Positions 1 to 8,201 of a stretch of 64,000 nt of DNA are shown here, piece by piece. Made by a program: the position numbers and the translations under genes. The notes beneath the pieces are model-generated. The model did not search any database, was not told where the DNA came from, and worked only from the letters and a program-made list of their open reading frames with translations. The stretch's first letter is position 1. Every line of letters begins with the position of its first letter. The stretch is from Chloroflexia bacterium (GTDB lineage: Bacteria; Chloroflexota; Chloroflexia; Thermomicrobiales; CFX8), in assembly GCA_030431755.1 (NCBI GenBank), contig JAUIIK010000006.1, positions 4,061 through 68,060 of the forward strand, given 5' to 3'.

Positions 1-79
1 CATGATCCAGCGAGCGCTCGACCGGCGCGGCAGCTACCAGCATATTCAGGACTACATTCCGCCGAACTTCCGAGGGTAG
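1..79 (+). CDS. 3' end of an unidentified CDS entering from upstream of the window (...MIQRALDRRGSYQHIQDYIPPNFRG*)
   Basis: The frame is open from base 2 to TAG at 77-79. The stop lies inside the SD (GAGGGTAGG, 72-80) of the next gene, suggesting co-transcription. No recognisable motif in the 25 visible aa. Confidence 0.3.
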   Translation, partial: MIQRALDRRGSYQHIQDYIPPNFRG

Positions 80-86
80 GTTTGTG

Positions 87-695
87 ATGCAGGAACGCCA
101 GACAGGACACCAGCCATACGCCCAGCGACTACGCGCAATCGGCGCGCGGCTCGACACCGGCGGCTACCACGCCGTCTCGATCATCGAGGTTGACGGCGGG
201 CTCGTCGTCCGGGCCAGCGCGCCCGGGTCGCGAACGCCCGAGGTGCTCGAGATCCCGGATGTCGACACCGCCAACCCGGTCCAGCTCACACGTATGCGCT
301 CAGGTTCGCCACATCGCCTCTTCCCCGACGGTTACAAAGGCTTTCTGGCGGCTCTCGGTCAGCGGCTTGACCGTGGCGGCGCGCAGGCCATCGCAATCGT
401 CGAGGGCACGGACTTCGTGACTGTCGGCGGCATCCAGCCCGTCGCCGAAGCGGACGGCGACATCACCTTCGAACCGCTCGACATTCTGCTGCTGGCCACT
501 GATATCCAATCCGTCGCGACGCTTCCGGTTGAGGTTGACGAACCGGTGATTCCGGATGCGGCGGCGCAGCCCGCGCCAGTCGCCGCCGGTAGCCACTCCA
601 TGACAGGTCAGCTCGCCGAACGGGTTGGCAGGGCCGTCGAGGCTATCCAGCGCTCGCTGTCGCTCGTCCTGCACCCGGCCCGCCAGCGCGGTTAG
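87..695 (+). CDS. Uncharacterised protein with an internally duplicated ~35-aa module (family copy 1; paralog of 23734..24273)
   Basis: ATG 87 lies 6 nt after the SD GAGGGTAGG (the track ORF starts at GTG 84). Module 1 is YAQRLRAIGARLDTGGYHAVSIIEVDGGLVVRA and module 2 is YKGFLAALGQRLDRGGAQAIAIVEGTDFVTVGG. The 23734..24273 product has the same layout. No family name recognised. Confidence 0.7.
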   Translation: MQERQTGHQPYAQRLRAIGARLDTGGYHAVSIIEVDGGLVVRASAPGSRTPEVLEIPDVDTANPVQLTRMRSGSPHRLFPDGYKGFLAALGQRLDRGGAQAIAIVEGTDFVTVGGIQPVAEADGDITFEPLDILLLATDIQSVATLPVEVDEPVIPDAAAQPAPVAAGSHSMTGQLAERVGRAVEAIQRSLSLVLHPARQRG

Positions 696-2320
696 ACCGC
701 TCCTGGCCCCTTCACGAATGCTCCCGGCAGCGCGCCGGTGTGACTCGCGTTTTCAAGTACGCGCGTGCCATTCACCCAGACATCGCGGACCCCGGTCGAG
801 AGCTGGTGCGGGTCGGCGAAGGTTGCGTTATCCCGGACGGTATCAGGGTCGAAGATGATGACGTCGGCGTAAGCGCCGGGACGCAGCAGTCCCCGATCCC
901 GCAGGCCGAGCCGGTCGGCGACGGACGACGTCATCTTCCGGATGGCGTCCTCAAGCGGGATGACCTTGCGCTCGCGGACGTAGTGCCCGAGCACGCGTGT
1001 GTAGGTCCCGTAGGCGCGTGGGTGGGTCGGGCCGTTGGCAACCGCCCATTCCGGATCGAGCCCGCCGGCGTCAGTCGAGATCTTGATCCACGGCTGGCGC
1101 AGCTGGAGCTCGATGTTCTCCTCGCTCATGCCGAAGTAGATCGTGCCGATGCGCTGCTTCTCGGCGGCGAGCAGGTCGAGGATGGCGTCGACCGGCTCCT
1201 GCTGGCGCATCTCGGCGATCTCGGTCAGGCGTTTCCCGACGTACTGCTGGTGTTCCGGCAGGTTGAGGCCGACCGGCATCACGCCCTCAGGACCGGTCTC
1301 GTCGAGCATCGCCTCCCAATCGCCGGATGGGTCGACCACTGCGGCACGGATGCGCGCGCGTTCATCGGGGTCTGCGAGCTTCTCGTAGAGCTTGCCGCCC
1401 TCTTCTGCCCAGGGCGGTAGGCAGGATGAAAGGCCGGTGCCGGAGGCCGGATAGGGATACATGTCTGAGGTGATGTCGAGTCCCTCTGCGCGGGCGGCGT
1501 CGATGCGCTTGATGACTTCGGGCATCTTCGGCCAGTTCTTCGAGCCGGCGGCTTTCAGATGGTAGATCTCAACACTCACGCCGGACTGCCGGGCGATCTC
1601 GATGGTCTCGTCGAGCGCTTCGATGAGCGTCTCGGCTTCTGAGCGCATGTGCGTGATGTACACGCCATGGTGCTCGGCGACGGCCTTGCAGACGTGAACG
1701 ATCTCGTCGGTCTCCATGTAGGCGTCGGGCGGGTAGATCAGCGCGAATGAGACGCCGAACGCGCCATCCTCCATCGACTCGGTCATTACCCGCGTCATCA
1801 CCGCCCGTTCGTCGGCGTCGGCCGGGCCCATGTCCATGCCTTTGGCGTAGCGGCGCAAGCTGCCGCCGCCGAGGAAGGAGCCGACGTTCGGCGAGACGCC
1901 GCGCTCGACCATCGCGTCGAGCCAATCACCGAAGCGCGACCAGTCACGGGCTTTCTCTTCCCACTCGCCCAGATCGTGTGAGCCAAAGCCGCGCGGCACC
2001 GGGAAGTCGATCCGGCCGCCAAATGGCGCGGGCGTCCAACCCTCGCCCATGATCTCGGTCGTCACGCCCTGGACGATCTTCGACAGGCAGCGCCCGTCGA
2101 TCATGAGCGGGATGATCGAATGGCTCTGGATATCGATAAAGCCGGGGCTGACGACCATGCCACTGGCGTCGACTCGGTTGGCGTCGACCCCCGTGCTTTG
2201 ACCGCGGCTAAGGACCGCCTCGACCCTGTCTCCTTGCAGCAGTACGTCACCGTAGAACCAGGGGTTGCCGCTGCCGTCGATGACTCTGCCGCCGGTTATC
2301 AGCGTTCGCTCGTCGCTCAT
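692..2320 (-). CDS. N-acyl-D-amino-acid deacylase (D-aminoacylase), amidohydrolase superfamily
   Basis: N-terminus MSDERTLITGGRVIDGSGNPW...SPGFIDIQSHS carries the metal-binding HxH region; about 540 aa. ATG 2320 is preceded by GGAAGAGG. The longer track ORF (to 2539) would run through the trpS promoter and leader. Confidence 0.8.
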   Translation of the reverse strand: MSDERTLITGGRVIDGSGNPWFYGDVLLQGDRVEAVLSRGQSTGVDANRVDASGMVVSPGFIDIQSHSIIPLMIDGRCLSKIVQGVTTEIMGEGWTPAPFGGRIDFPVPRGFGSHDLGEWEEKARDWSRFGDWLDAMVERGVSPNVGSFLGGGSLRRYAKGMDMGPADADERAVMTRVMTESMEDGAFGVSFALIYPPDAYMETDEIVHVCKAVAEHHGVYITHMRSEAETLIEALDETIEIARQSGVSVEIYHLKAAGSKNWPKMPEVIKRIDAARAEGLDITSDMYPYPASGTGLSSCLPPWAEEGGKLYEKLADPDERARIRAAVVDPSGDWEAMLDETGPEGVMPVGLNLPEHQQYVGKRLTEIAEMRQQEPVDAILDLLAAEKQRIGTIYFGMSEENIELQLRQPWIKISTDAGGLDPEWAVANGPTHPRAYGTYTRVLGHYVRERKVIPLEDAIRKMTSSVADRLGLRDRGLLRPGAYADVIIFDPDTVRDNATFADPHQLSTGVRDVWVNGTRVLENASHTGALPGAFVKGPGAV

Positions 2321-2392
2321 GTCTACCTCTTCCCACTGTGTCATGGTCCCGGCGCATCGTAGTCCGAGCGCGTCGACGCTGTCCTGGTTGTG

Positions 2393-2421
2393 TTGACATA
2401 GCCGTGGGGCAGGCTTATTAT
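2393..2421 (+). promoter_or_regulatory. Sigma-70-type promoter of the trpS leader
   Basis: TTGACA (2393-2398), a 17-nt spacer, then TATTAT (2416-2421), immediately upstream of the T-box Stem I. Confidence 0.6.
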
Positions 2422-2439
2422 CCTGGGACAAGTTGACTT

Positions 2440-2715
2440 GGCGTTGACCGGAACGAGTAGGTTCCGACGCCCGTTGCAGAGAACCGGCGGTTGGTGCGAG
2501 CCGGAAACGGGATCGGGATCGAATGGCTCCGCGAGCCACGCGCCGAACCGCAATTGCGAAGTAGACCGCGTCGGATTCCCCACCGTTATCCGGGGCGCTG
2601 GCCAGGCATATTGGCCGGCACCGAGTGGACCGTCAGGATCGACGGTCAACGAGGGTGGCACCGCGGGTGCAGCTAACGATGAGCGCCTCCGTCCCTCTGG
2701 GATGGGGGTTTTTTT
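2440..2715 (+). promoter_or_regulatory. T-box riboswitch leader, Trp specifier (UGG)
   Basis: K-turn halves GGC-g-UU-GA-c-CGGA and UCCG-c-GA-GCC. S-turn GAGUA. Stem GGUUCCGA/UCGGGAUC. AG bulge GCAGAGA. Distal loop GGUUGGUGCGA. Specifier GAA-UGG-C at 2521-2527. T-box sequence AACGAGGGTGGCACCGCG at 2648-2665, followed by a terminator. Confidence 0.85.
2686..2715 (+). terminator. Intrinsic terminator of the trpS T-box leader
   Basis: 10-bp stem cctccgtccc / gggatggggg (includes G-U pairs), loop tct, then T7 (2709-2715). Confidence 0.8.
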
Positions 2716-2750
2716 GTTGCCCTCGAAGAACGAAACAGGAGAAATCAACG

Positions 2751-3788
2751 ATGAGCAGCGCAACGATGGAAGCGACGAAGCCGCAGGAAGGCGCGCGGAC
2801 CAAGCCGCGCATCCTCTCCGGCATTCAGCCGAGCGGCATCCCAACGCTGGGCAACTACCTGGGGGCAGTCCGGCATTGGGTCCGGCAGCAGTACGAGGCC
2901 GAGAGCTTCCACCCGATCGTCAATCTGCACGCCATGACGTTGCCCTATGACCCGAAGGATCTGCACCAGCGGACCTATGACCTTGCAGCGTCACTGCTGG
3001 CCTGCGGGATCGATCCGGAAGTTGCCGTCTTGTTCGTGCAGTCGCAGATACCGGAGCACACCGAGCTGACCTGGATACTGTCGACCCAGACGATGTTCGG
3101 GGAGCTCAGCCGCATGACCCAGTTCAAGGAGAAGTCGGGCGGCGAGCAGCCTGAGCGTGTCGGCACCGGCATCTTCTTCTACCCGGTGCTGATGACGGCG
3201 GACATCCTGATCTACGACGCGGATCTGGTGCCGGTTGGCGATGACCAGCGGCAGCACGTCGAGCTGGCGCGCGATGTCGCCCACCGCTTCAACTCGGTCT
3301 TTGGCGAGACATTCGTCGTCCCGGAGGCAGACATCAAGGAAGAGGGCGCGCGGATCATGGGGCTCGACGACCCGACGATGAAGATGAGCAAGAGCGCGGC
3401 CAGCGAATACAACTACATCTCGATGAACGACGATGATGACACGATTCGCCGCAAGGTCCGCCGCGCCGTCACCGACTCGGGCAGCGAAGTCAAGGCCGCG
3501 CCCGACAAGCCGGCGTTGACGAATCTCCTGACGATCTACTCCCAGATCACCGACCGCACCATCGCCAAGATCGAGCAGGAGTACGAGGGCAAGCGCTACG
3601 GGGACTTCAAGAACGGGCTGGCGGACGCGCTCGTTGAGGCGATCGCGCCGATCCGCGCCCGGATCGAGGAGTTCCAGGCCGACCGCGCCGAGCTCGACCG
3701 CATTCTGGCGCTTGGCCGCGACAGATCGCGCGAGATCACGGTGCCGAAGCTTGAGCGTGTGCGCGAGGTGACCGGGTTGGTGACGTAG
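2751..3788 (+). CDS. trpS: Tryptophan--tRNA ligase
   Basis: ATG 2751 follows the AGGAG SD. Class I aaRS features: ILSGIQPSGIPTLGNYLGA and the KMSKS motif (MKMSKSA). 345 aa. Confidence 0.95.
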   Translation: MSSATMEATKPQEGARTKPRILSGIQPSGIPTLGNYLGAVRHWVRQQYEAESFHPIVNLHAMTLPYDPKDLHQRTYDLAASLLACGIDPEVAVLFVQSQIPEHTELTWILSTQTMFGELSRMTQFKEKSGGEQPERVGTGIFFYPVLMTADILIYDADLVPVGDDQRQHVELARDVAHRFNSVFGETFVVPEADIKEEGARIMGLDDPTMKMSKSAASEYNYISMNDDDDTIRRKVRRAVTDSGSEVKAAPDKPALTNLLTIYSQITDRTIAKIEQEYEGKRYGDFKNGLADALVEAIAPIRARIEEFQADRAELDRILALGRDRSREITVPKLERVREVTGLVT

Positions 3789-3824
3789 GGACGTTTACCC
3801 GCGATCGTTGCATGCGACAATCAC

Positions 3825-3899
3825 GTAGGGCCGGGGCTCGACCCCGGTCGCTCTCGAATATCGTGCCGTAGGCCGGCCGGGGACGAGCCCCGGCCCTAC
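3825..3899. repeat. REP-like double hairpin, copy 1 (family shared with 22216..22289)
   Basis: gtagggccggggctcgaccccgg (3825-3847) and its near-perfect reverse complement ccggggacgagccccggccctac (3877-3899). Each arm is itself a hairpin (ccgggg/ccccgg). Lies between the convergent trpS and acylase genes. Confidence 0.7.
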
Positions 3900-3942
3900 G
3901 AGGTGAAGCGGATTGGTTAGCGGTTCCACGGCAGGTGGTTTA

Positions 3943-3987
3943 GCAGAAGCAAAGAACGGGTGCGGTCAATTCGCGACCGCACCCGTT
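3943..3987 (-). terminator. Intrinsic terminator of the acylase gene
   Basis: 13-bp perfect stem aacgggtgcggtc / gaccgcacccgtt with loop aattcgc. On the minus strand it is followed by the T-rich tail ctttgcttctgc. Confidence 0.7.
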
Positions 3988-4007
3988 TCGTTGTTGCGCG
4001 ACCCTGT

Positions 4008-6347
4008 TTACTGCGCCGGCTCGAGCTTCTGGTGGTTCTCGGCGGCGGCGCGGATGCCGTCCCAGCCGTAGCGCATCGGGATGTATTGGACGTTCGACCA
4101 GAGGTCGGCCTGGTCGCTGTAGTGTCCGCTACCGGCGTGTCCGGAGCTGCCGAGTGGCACGATCCAGCGGCTCGCTTCCCAATCGCTCGTGTCGAAGATG
4201 TAGCGCGCCACCGATGTCCCGGCGACGTTGTAGCTCACGCCGGGGTAGATGCCCGCCGCTTGCGGCGTATCGCTGTCGCCGCCGATCGTGACCGACGGCG
4301 GGTTCAGGCTCTCGCCGAGTGAGGCGTCAACCAAGGCCATCGGATGCGTCGGAGCGGTGCGGTGGATGGCCTCCCACCGCCAGCTCGCGAGGTCGTCGCC
4401 AAGCTGGCTACGTAGATCGTCGATCGCCGTATCAAATGCCTGTAGCAGCAGCTGGTTCCAGGTTGTTCCCTCTGGCAACACCGTAGCGTCGTTTTCACGG
4501 ACGAGCTGCGGGACGATCCAGTAGAGGAAGCCAATCGGTCCCACCAGCGGCGGCTCCTCGGCCGCGAACGGATTGGACTTGAGCGACTCGAAGACCGGCA
4601 AGCCCGCGACGAGCTTCGTCAGCTCGTTGCGGAAGGCGATGTAGATCGCCGCCGGGCCGGAATCCTTGTCCATTCGCCCATCCCAGTCATGGAGCATCCG
4701 AATGCCCTCGTGCGCCAGCCCGGCTTCGTCCGCGGCCTGGCTCAGTCGCACGACGAAGAGCGAGCTTGGGATTGAGACGCGGTCGGCGTGAATCCGGGCC
4801 ATGTCGTCGACCGTTGCGTCAGAGATGTTCTCGAGCCGGCTGATGATCCGCCGGGCACGGCTGTTCGGCGCGTAGTCGAGGGCGATGTAGTGCGGGTAGT
4901 CGTCGCCCACGATGCGGTTGTTCGCGGTCGCGACCCAGCCGGTGTCCGGATTCTTAACGCGCGGTAGCTCCTCGAACGGCACGTTGCCGGCCCAATCGTG
5001 GTTGCCGTCCCAGCCCGGTACCGGGAGCCAGCCGTTGGCCCGATTGCGGGTTGGCAGCCGCCCGCGGGTGAGATAGCCGATGTTGCCTTGCGTGTCGCCC
5101 ATGACGAGGTTGTTGCAGGGATCTACCCAGTCGCGCATCGACTCATCCAGCTCATCGACGCTGGTCGCTCGGAGCATCGGCAGAAGGCACTGGAAGCCGG
5201 GGTTCGGGTCGACCAGCGCTGTGTAGCGGAAGGAGATGACCGAGCCCTGTGTCGGATCGCCGAAGACGACGTGGCCATTTCGTGTCTTGACGACTTCGAC
5301 GTCGACAGCTTCCTCGCCGCGTACCTCGATCTGCTCAGTATGGTGCTCGGCGTCGAACCACTCCCGCTCGCGCTCGTATTGATAGGGCCGGCGAGGATGG
5401 AAGTGCTCGACATAAAGATCCTGATAGTCGGCGGCGGCGTGAGTGATGCCCCAGGCGACGTGTTCGTTGTGGGCGAAGTGGGGAAAGCCTGGAACGCCGC
5501 AGAAGGAGAAGCCAACGACGTCGAACTCAGGGCACGACAGATGATTCTGGTAGTAGACGTTCGGCACGTCGAGCGCGCGGTGCGGGTCGCCGGCAACGAG
5601 CGGCTTGCCGGAGGCAGTGCGGCTGCCGTGGACTGCCCAGTTGTTGCTGCCGGACTCGAACTCCGCCAATCGAGTGATCGCGTCCTTGCCGGGATCGAGA
5701 TCGGAGATGTCGCGTAGCAGCCCATCGTATCCTTCTGCCGGCGGCACGATCAGCACTTCGTCGCCATAGGCCTCCGAGCGCATACGCAGCGCCATGTCGG
5801 GGCCGATGCCGGTGAGCAGGCGCGCCCGCAGGAGCTTGGCGAGACCCGTGCCCATGAGGATGTGGCGCACCTTGAAGACGGCGCAGGAGTGCCACGGTTC
5901 CCACGGCTCCGGCGTGAGGCCGGCGATCTTGAACTCGACCGGCAGCGCCGCGGTGGAGTCGATGAAGGCATTGACCCCGGCGGCGTAGGCGTCGACCATC
6001 GCGCGCGTCTCGTCGTTGAAGTGCTCGTAGTCCGTCTCGGCGCTCTCGCGGATGCCGACGCGGCGCGTGAAGCGGTCGAAGAGCAATCCGGAGCGTCCAA
6101 CGACTTCGGACCAACGACCCAGCGCCCGGCGGCGGTCAAATTCCATCTGCCAGAGGCGGTCCTGGGCGTGGACAAAGCCTTGGGCAAAGAAGGCGTCGTG
6201 TACCGTCGTTGCGGCGACGTGCGGGATGCCGAACTCGTCGCGCCAGATGTCGACGGCACCGTCCAGCCCGGCGGCGCTGAGATCTCCGCTGTAGTCAGGT
6301 AGCGCGTCTTGCAGGTCATCAGCGCTGATCTGGTGTAGTTGACTCAT
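4008..6347 (-). CDS. Penicillin acylase (penicillin amidase) family Ntn-hydrolase
   Basis: About 780 aa, with the autoprocessing site GSNNWAVHG...GDPH typical of the family. ATG 6347 is preceded by GGAGG. No obvious signal peptide. Confidence 0.85.
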   Translation of the reverse strand: MSQLHQISADDLQDALPDYSGDLSAAGLDGAVDIWRDEFGIPHVAATTVHDAFFAQGFVHAQDRLWQMEFDRRRALGRWSEVVGRSGLLFDRFTRRVGIRESAETDYEHFNDETRAMVDAYAAGVNAFIDSTAALPVEFKIAGLTPEPWEPWHSCAVFKVRHILMGTGLAKLLRARLLTGIGPDMALRMRSEAYGDEVLIVPPAEGYDGLLRDISDLDPGKDAITRLAEFESGSNNWAVHGSRTASGKPLVAGDPHRALDVPNVYYQNHLSCPEFDVVGFSFCGVPGFPHFAHNEHVAWGITHAAADYQDLYVEHFHPRRPYQYEREREWFDAEHHTEQIEVRGEEAVDVEVVKTRNGHVVFGDPTQGSVISFRYTALVDPNPGFQCLLPMLRATSVDELDESMRDWVDPCNNLVMGDTQGNIGYLTRGRLPTRNRANGWLPVPGWDGNHDWAGNVPFEELPRVKNPDTGWVATANNRIVGDDYPHYIALDYAPNSRARRIISRLENISDATVDDMARIHADRVSIPSSLFVVRLSQAADEAGLAHEGIRMLHDWDGRMDKDSGPAAIYIAFRNELTKLVAGLPVFESLKSNPFAAEEPPLVGPIGFLYWIVPQLVRENDATVLPEGTTWNQLLLQAFDTAIDDLRSQLGDDLASWRWEAIHRTAPTHPMALVDASLGESLNPPSVTIGGDSDTPQAAGIYPGVSYNVAGTSVARYIFDTSDWEASRWIVPLGSSGHAGSGHYSDQADLWSNVQYIPMRYGWDGIRAAAENHQKLEPAQ

Positions 6348-6457
6348 CCGATTTCCCTCCGCATGGTGGCCGATTGCTATCAAAGTGCGTCATCATAACC
6401 TGTAGCGTACCGGCGGCACACAGCCTGGGACCGCAACGCCGCCGGTCGGTCGAGAGG

Positions 6458-6757
6458 ATGACCAGAGATATGCGAGGCGACTACAAAACCGTTGGTGGCA
6501 AGCTCGTGACGGTCAACTTTGACCTGTCTGGCGGCCACCTCACGAATGTGCAAGTCAGCGGCGATTTCTTCCTCTACCCTGAGGAAGCGCTCGGCGACAT
6601 CCGGCAGGCGCTCGAAGGCCTCCCGGAGTCCGAGGACGAACGGTCGATCGCCGCGAGAATCAACGCAGCGATTGGACCGGAGGTAGAGATGGTTGGTTTC
6701 TCGCCCGAAGCAGTAGCGCGCGCAGTCGGGAGGGGGCTTGGCCGTGACGATCAATAA
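6458..6757 (+). CDS. Lipoate-protein ligase accessory (C-terminal) domain protein, LplB-like
   Basis: Small protein (GGKLVTVNFDLSGGHLTNVQVSGDFFLYPEEAL...) resembling the LplA C-terminal domain. It overlaps the downstream lplA catalytic gene by 20 nt. The start (6458 or 6470) is uncertain. Confidence 0.6.
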   Translation: MTRDMRGDYKTVGGKLVTVNFDLSGGHLTNVQVSGDFFLYPEEALGDIRQALEGLPESEDERSIAARINAAIGPEVEMVGFSPEAVARAVGRGLGRDDQ

Positions 6758-7559
6758 GCACGATGTCCGGCTCTACCCCGAAGGCATCGAGAGCCGCTGG
6801 CGCGATCTTGACTGGGAGATCGTCGGGCCAGCGCCGCAACGACCGGCGATGAACCTGGCGCTTGACGAGGTGCTGACGCGGCGCGTCGGCCACGGTGACC
6901 GCGCGCCGCTGCTGCGCTTCTGGGGCTGGGCCGAGCCCTGCGTCGTCATTGGCCGGTTCCAATCAGTGTCGAACGAGATTCATCTGGATCGGGCCAACGA
7001 GCTGGGCATCCAGATCGTCCGGCGGGTGAGCGGCGGCGGTGCGATGTTGATCGAGCCGGAGAGCGCGATCACCTACTCTGCCTACTTGCCGCCGTCGATG
7101 GTTGAGGATCTGTCATTCCAGGAGTCGTATGCCTTCCTCGATAGCTGGATCATCGACGCGCTGCGCCGGCTTGGGATCGACGCCTGGTACGAACCGCTGA
7201 ATGACATCACGTCCGCCGGCGGCAAGATCGGCGGGGCCGCGCAGGCGCGCAAGGACCAGGCAGTGCTGCACCATACGACCATGGCCTACGACATGACCGA
7301 GGGGTTGCTCACGCAGGTGCTGCGGATCGGGATGGAGAAGATTCGCGACAAGGGCATCCGCAGCGCTGAGGCGCGCGTTGGCCCGTTGCGACAGCAGACG
7401 CAGATGCCGCGGGACGAGATCATCGACCACCTCTACGACTCCTTCGTCGAGCTGACGGGCGCAAGCCCTGGAGCGCTCGGCGACGCGGAGATTGCGGAAG
7501 CCGAAGCGCTTGTCGACGAGAAGTTCGGGAACGACGAATGGACGTTCCTGTTGCCCTAG
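6738..7559 (+). CDS. lplA: Lipoate-protein ligase A, catalytic domain only
   Basis: TTG 6738 follows GGGAGGGGG. BPL/LplA/LipB-type motifs: LLRFWGW..PCVVIGRFQ, RRVSGGGAM, GKIGGAAQ. Confidence 0.85.
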   Translation: MAVTINKHDVRLYPEGIESRWRDLDWEIVGPAPQRPAMNLALDEVLTRRVGHGDRAPLLRFWGWAEPCVVIGRFQSVSNEIHLDRANELGIQIVRRVSGGGAMLIEPESAITYSAYLPPSMVEDLSFQESYAFLDSWIIDALRRLGIDAWYEPLNDITSAGGKIGGAAQARKDQAVLHHTTMAYDMTEGLLTQVLRIGMEKIRDKGIRSAEARVGPLRQQTQMPRDEIIDHLYDSFVELTGASPGALGDAEIAEAEALVDEKFGNDEWTFLLP

Positions 7560-7601
7560 CCGGCGCAAAGCCTGGCCGGCTCGGGCTAGGAGGAGATAGG
7601 C

Positions 7602-8069
7602 GTGGCCGTCGAAGACCTGGGACGTGAGAAGAGCCTCGAAGTCATTGCTACTGGTTTCAGCGAGTTTCTGGAGCTGGTCCACTCGATTCCGGAAGCGGAC
7701 ATGCTCGTGCCGGAGACGGTCGGCACATGGTCCGGTAAAGACGTCGTGGCCGATATCGCGGGCTGGGAGCGCATTGTCATGCGCTACCTCGAAGCGAAGG
7801 ACCGGGGCTGGCAGGGTTATTTGCCACCGGCTGAGCCGGACGGTACCTGGGACCAGTTCAATCAGTCGAACGTCGACCCGACACGGGATTGGTCACTGGC
7901 CGAGGTCGTGGCGGACTTTGAGAAGACGCATCATGCGTTCATGCGCGTCGCTGCGGCTTCCGAACACACGAACTGGCCGCCGATTGTCCGGATCACGAAG
8001 ACGCACTACGAGGAGCACCACGACGATCTCCGCAATATTCCGAATGTTGCGAAGAACCGTAGCGACTAG
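7602..8069 (+). CDS. DinB/ClbS(DfsB)-like four-helix-bundle protein
   Basis: GTG 7602 follows GGAGGAG. The pattern GTWSGKDVVADIAGWE...W...SLAEVVADFEKTHHAF resembles the DinB_2/ClbS family. The functional call is tentative. Confidence 0.55.
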   Translation: MAVEDLGREKSLEVIATGFSEFLELVHSIPEADMLVPETVGTWSGKDVVADIAGWERIVMRYLEAKDRGWQGYLPPAEPDGTWDQFNQSNVDPTRDWSLAEVVADFEKTHHAFMRVAAASEHTNWPPIVRITKTHYEEHHDDLRNIPNVAKNRSD

Positions 8070-8201
8070 CGCGCATTCGCAGGATCCGAACAACTTCTCA
8101 TGTGGCGGCGCGGGTCCATCGGTAGAATTGGGCTGCGCCCGTTTCCCGGTGCGCTTGAAATCTAGCGAAGCATGAGCCCGCGTCCCAGGAGTGAGAAACA
8201 C

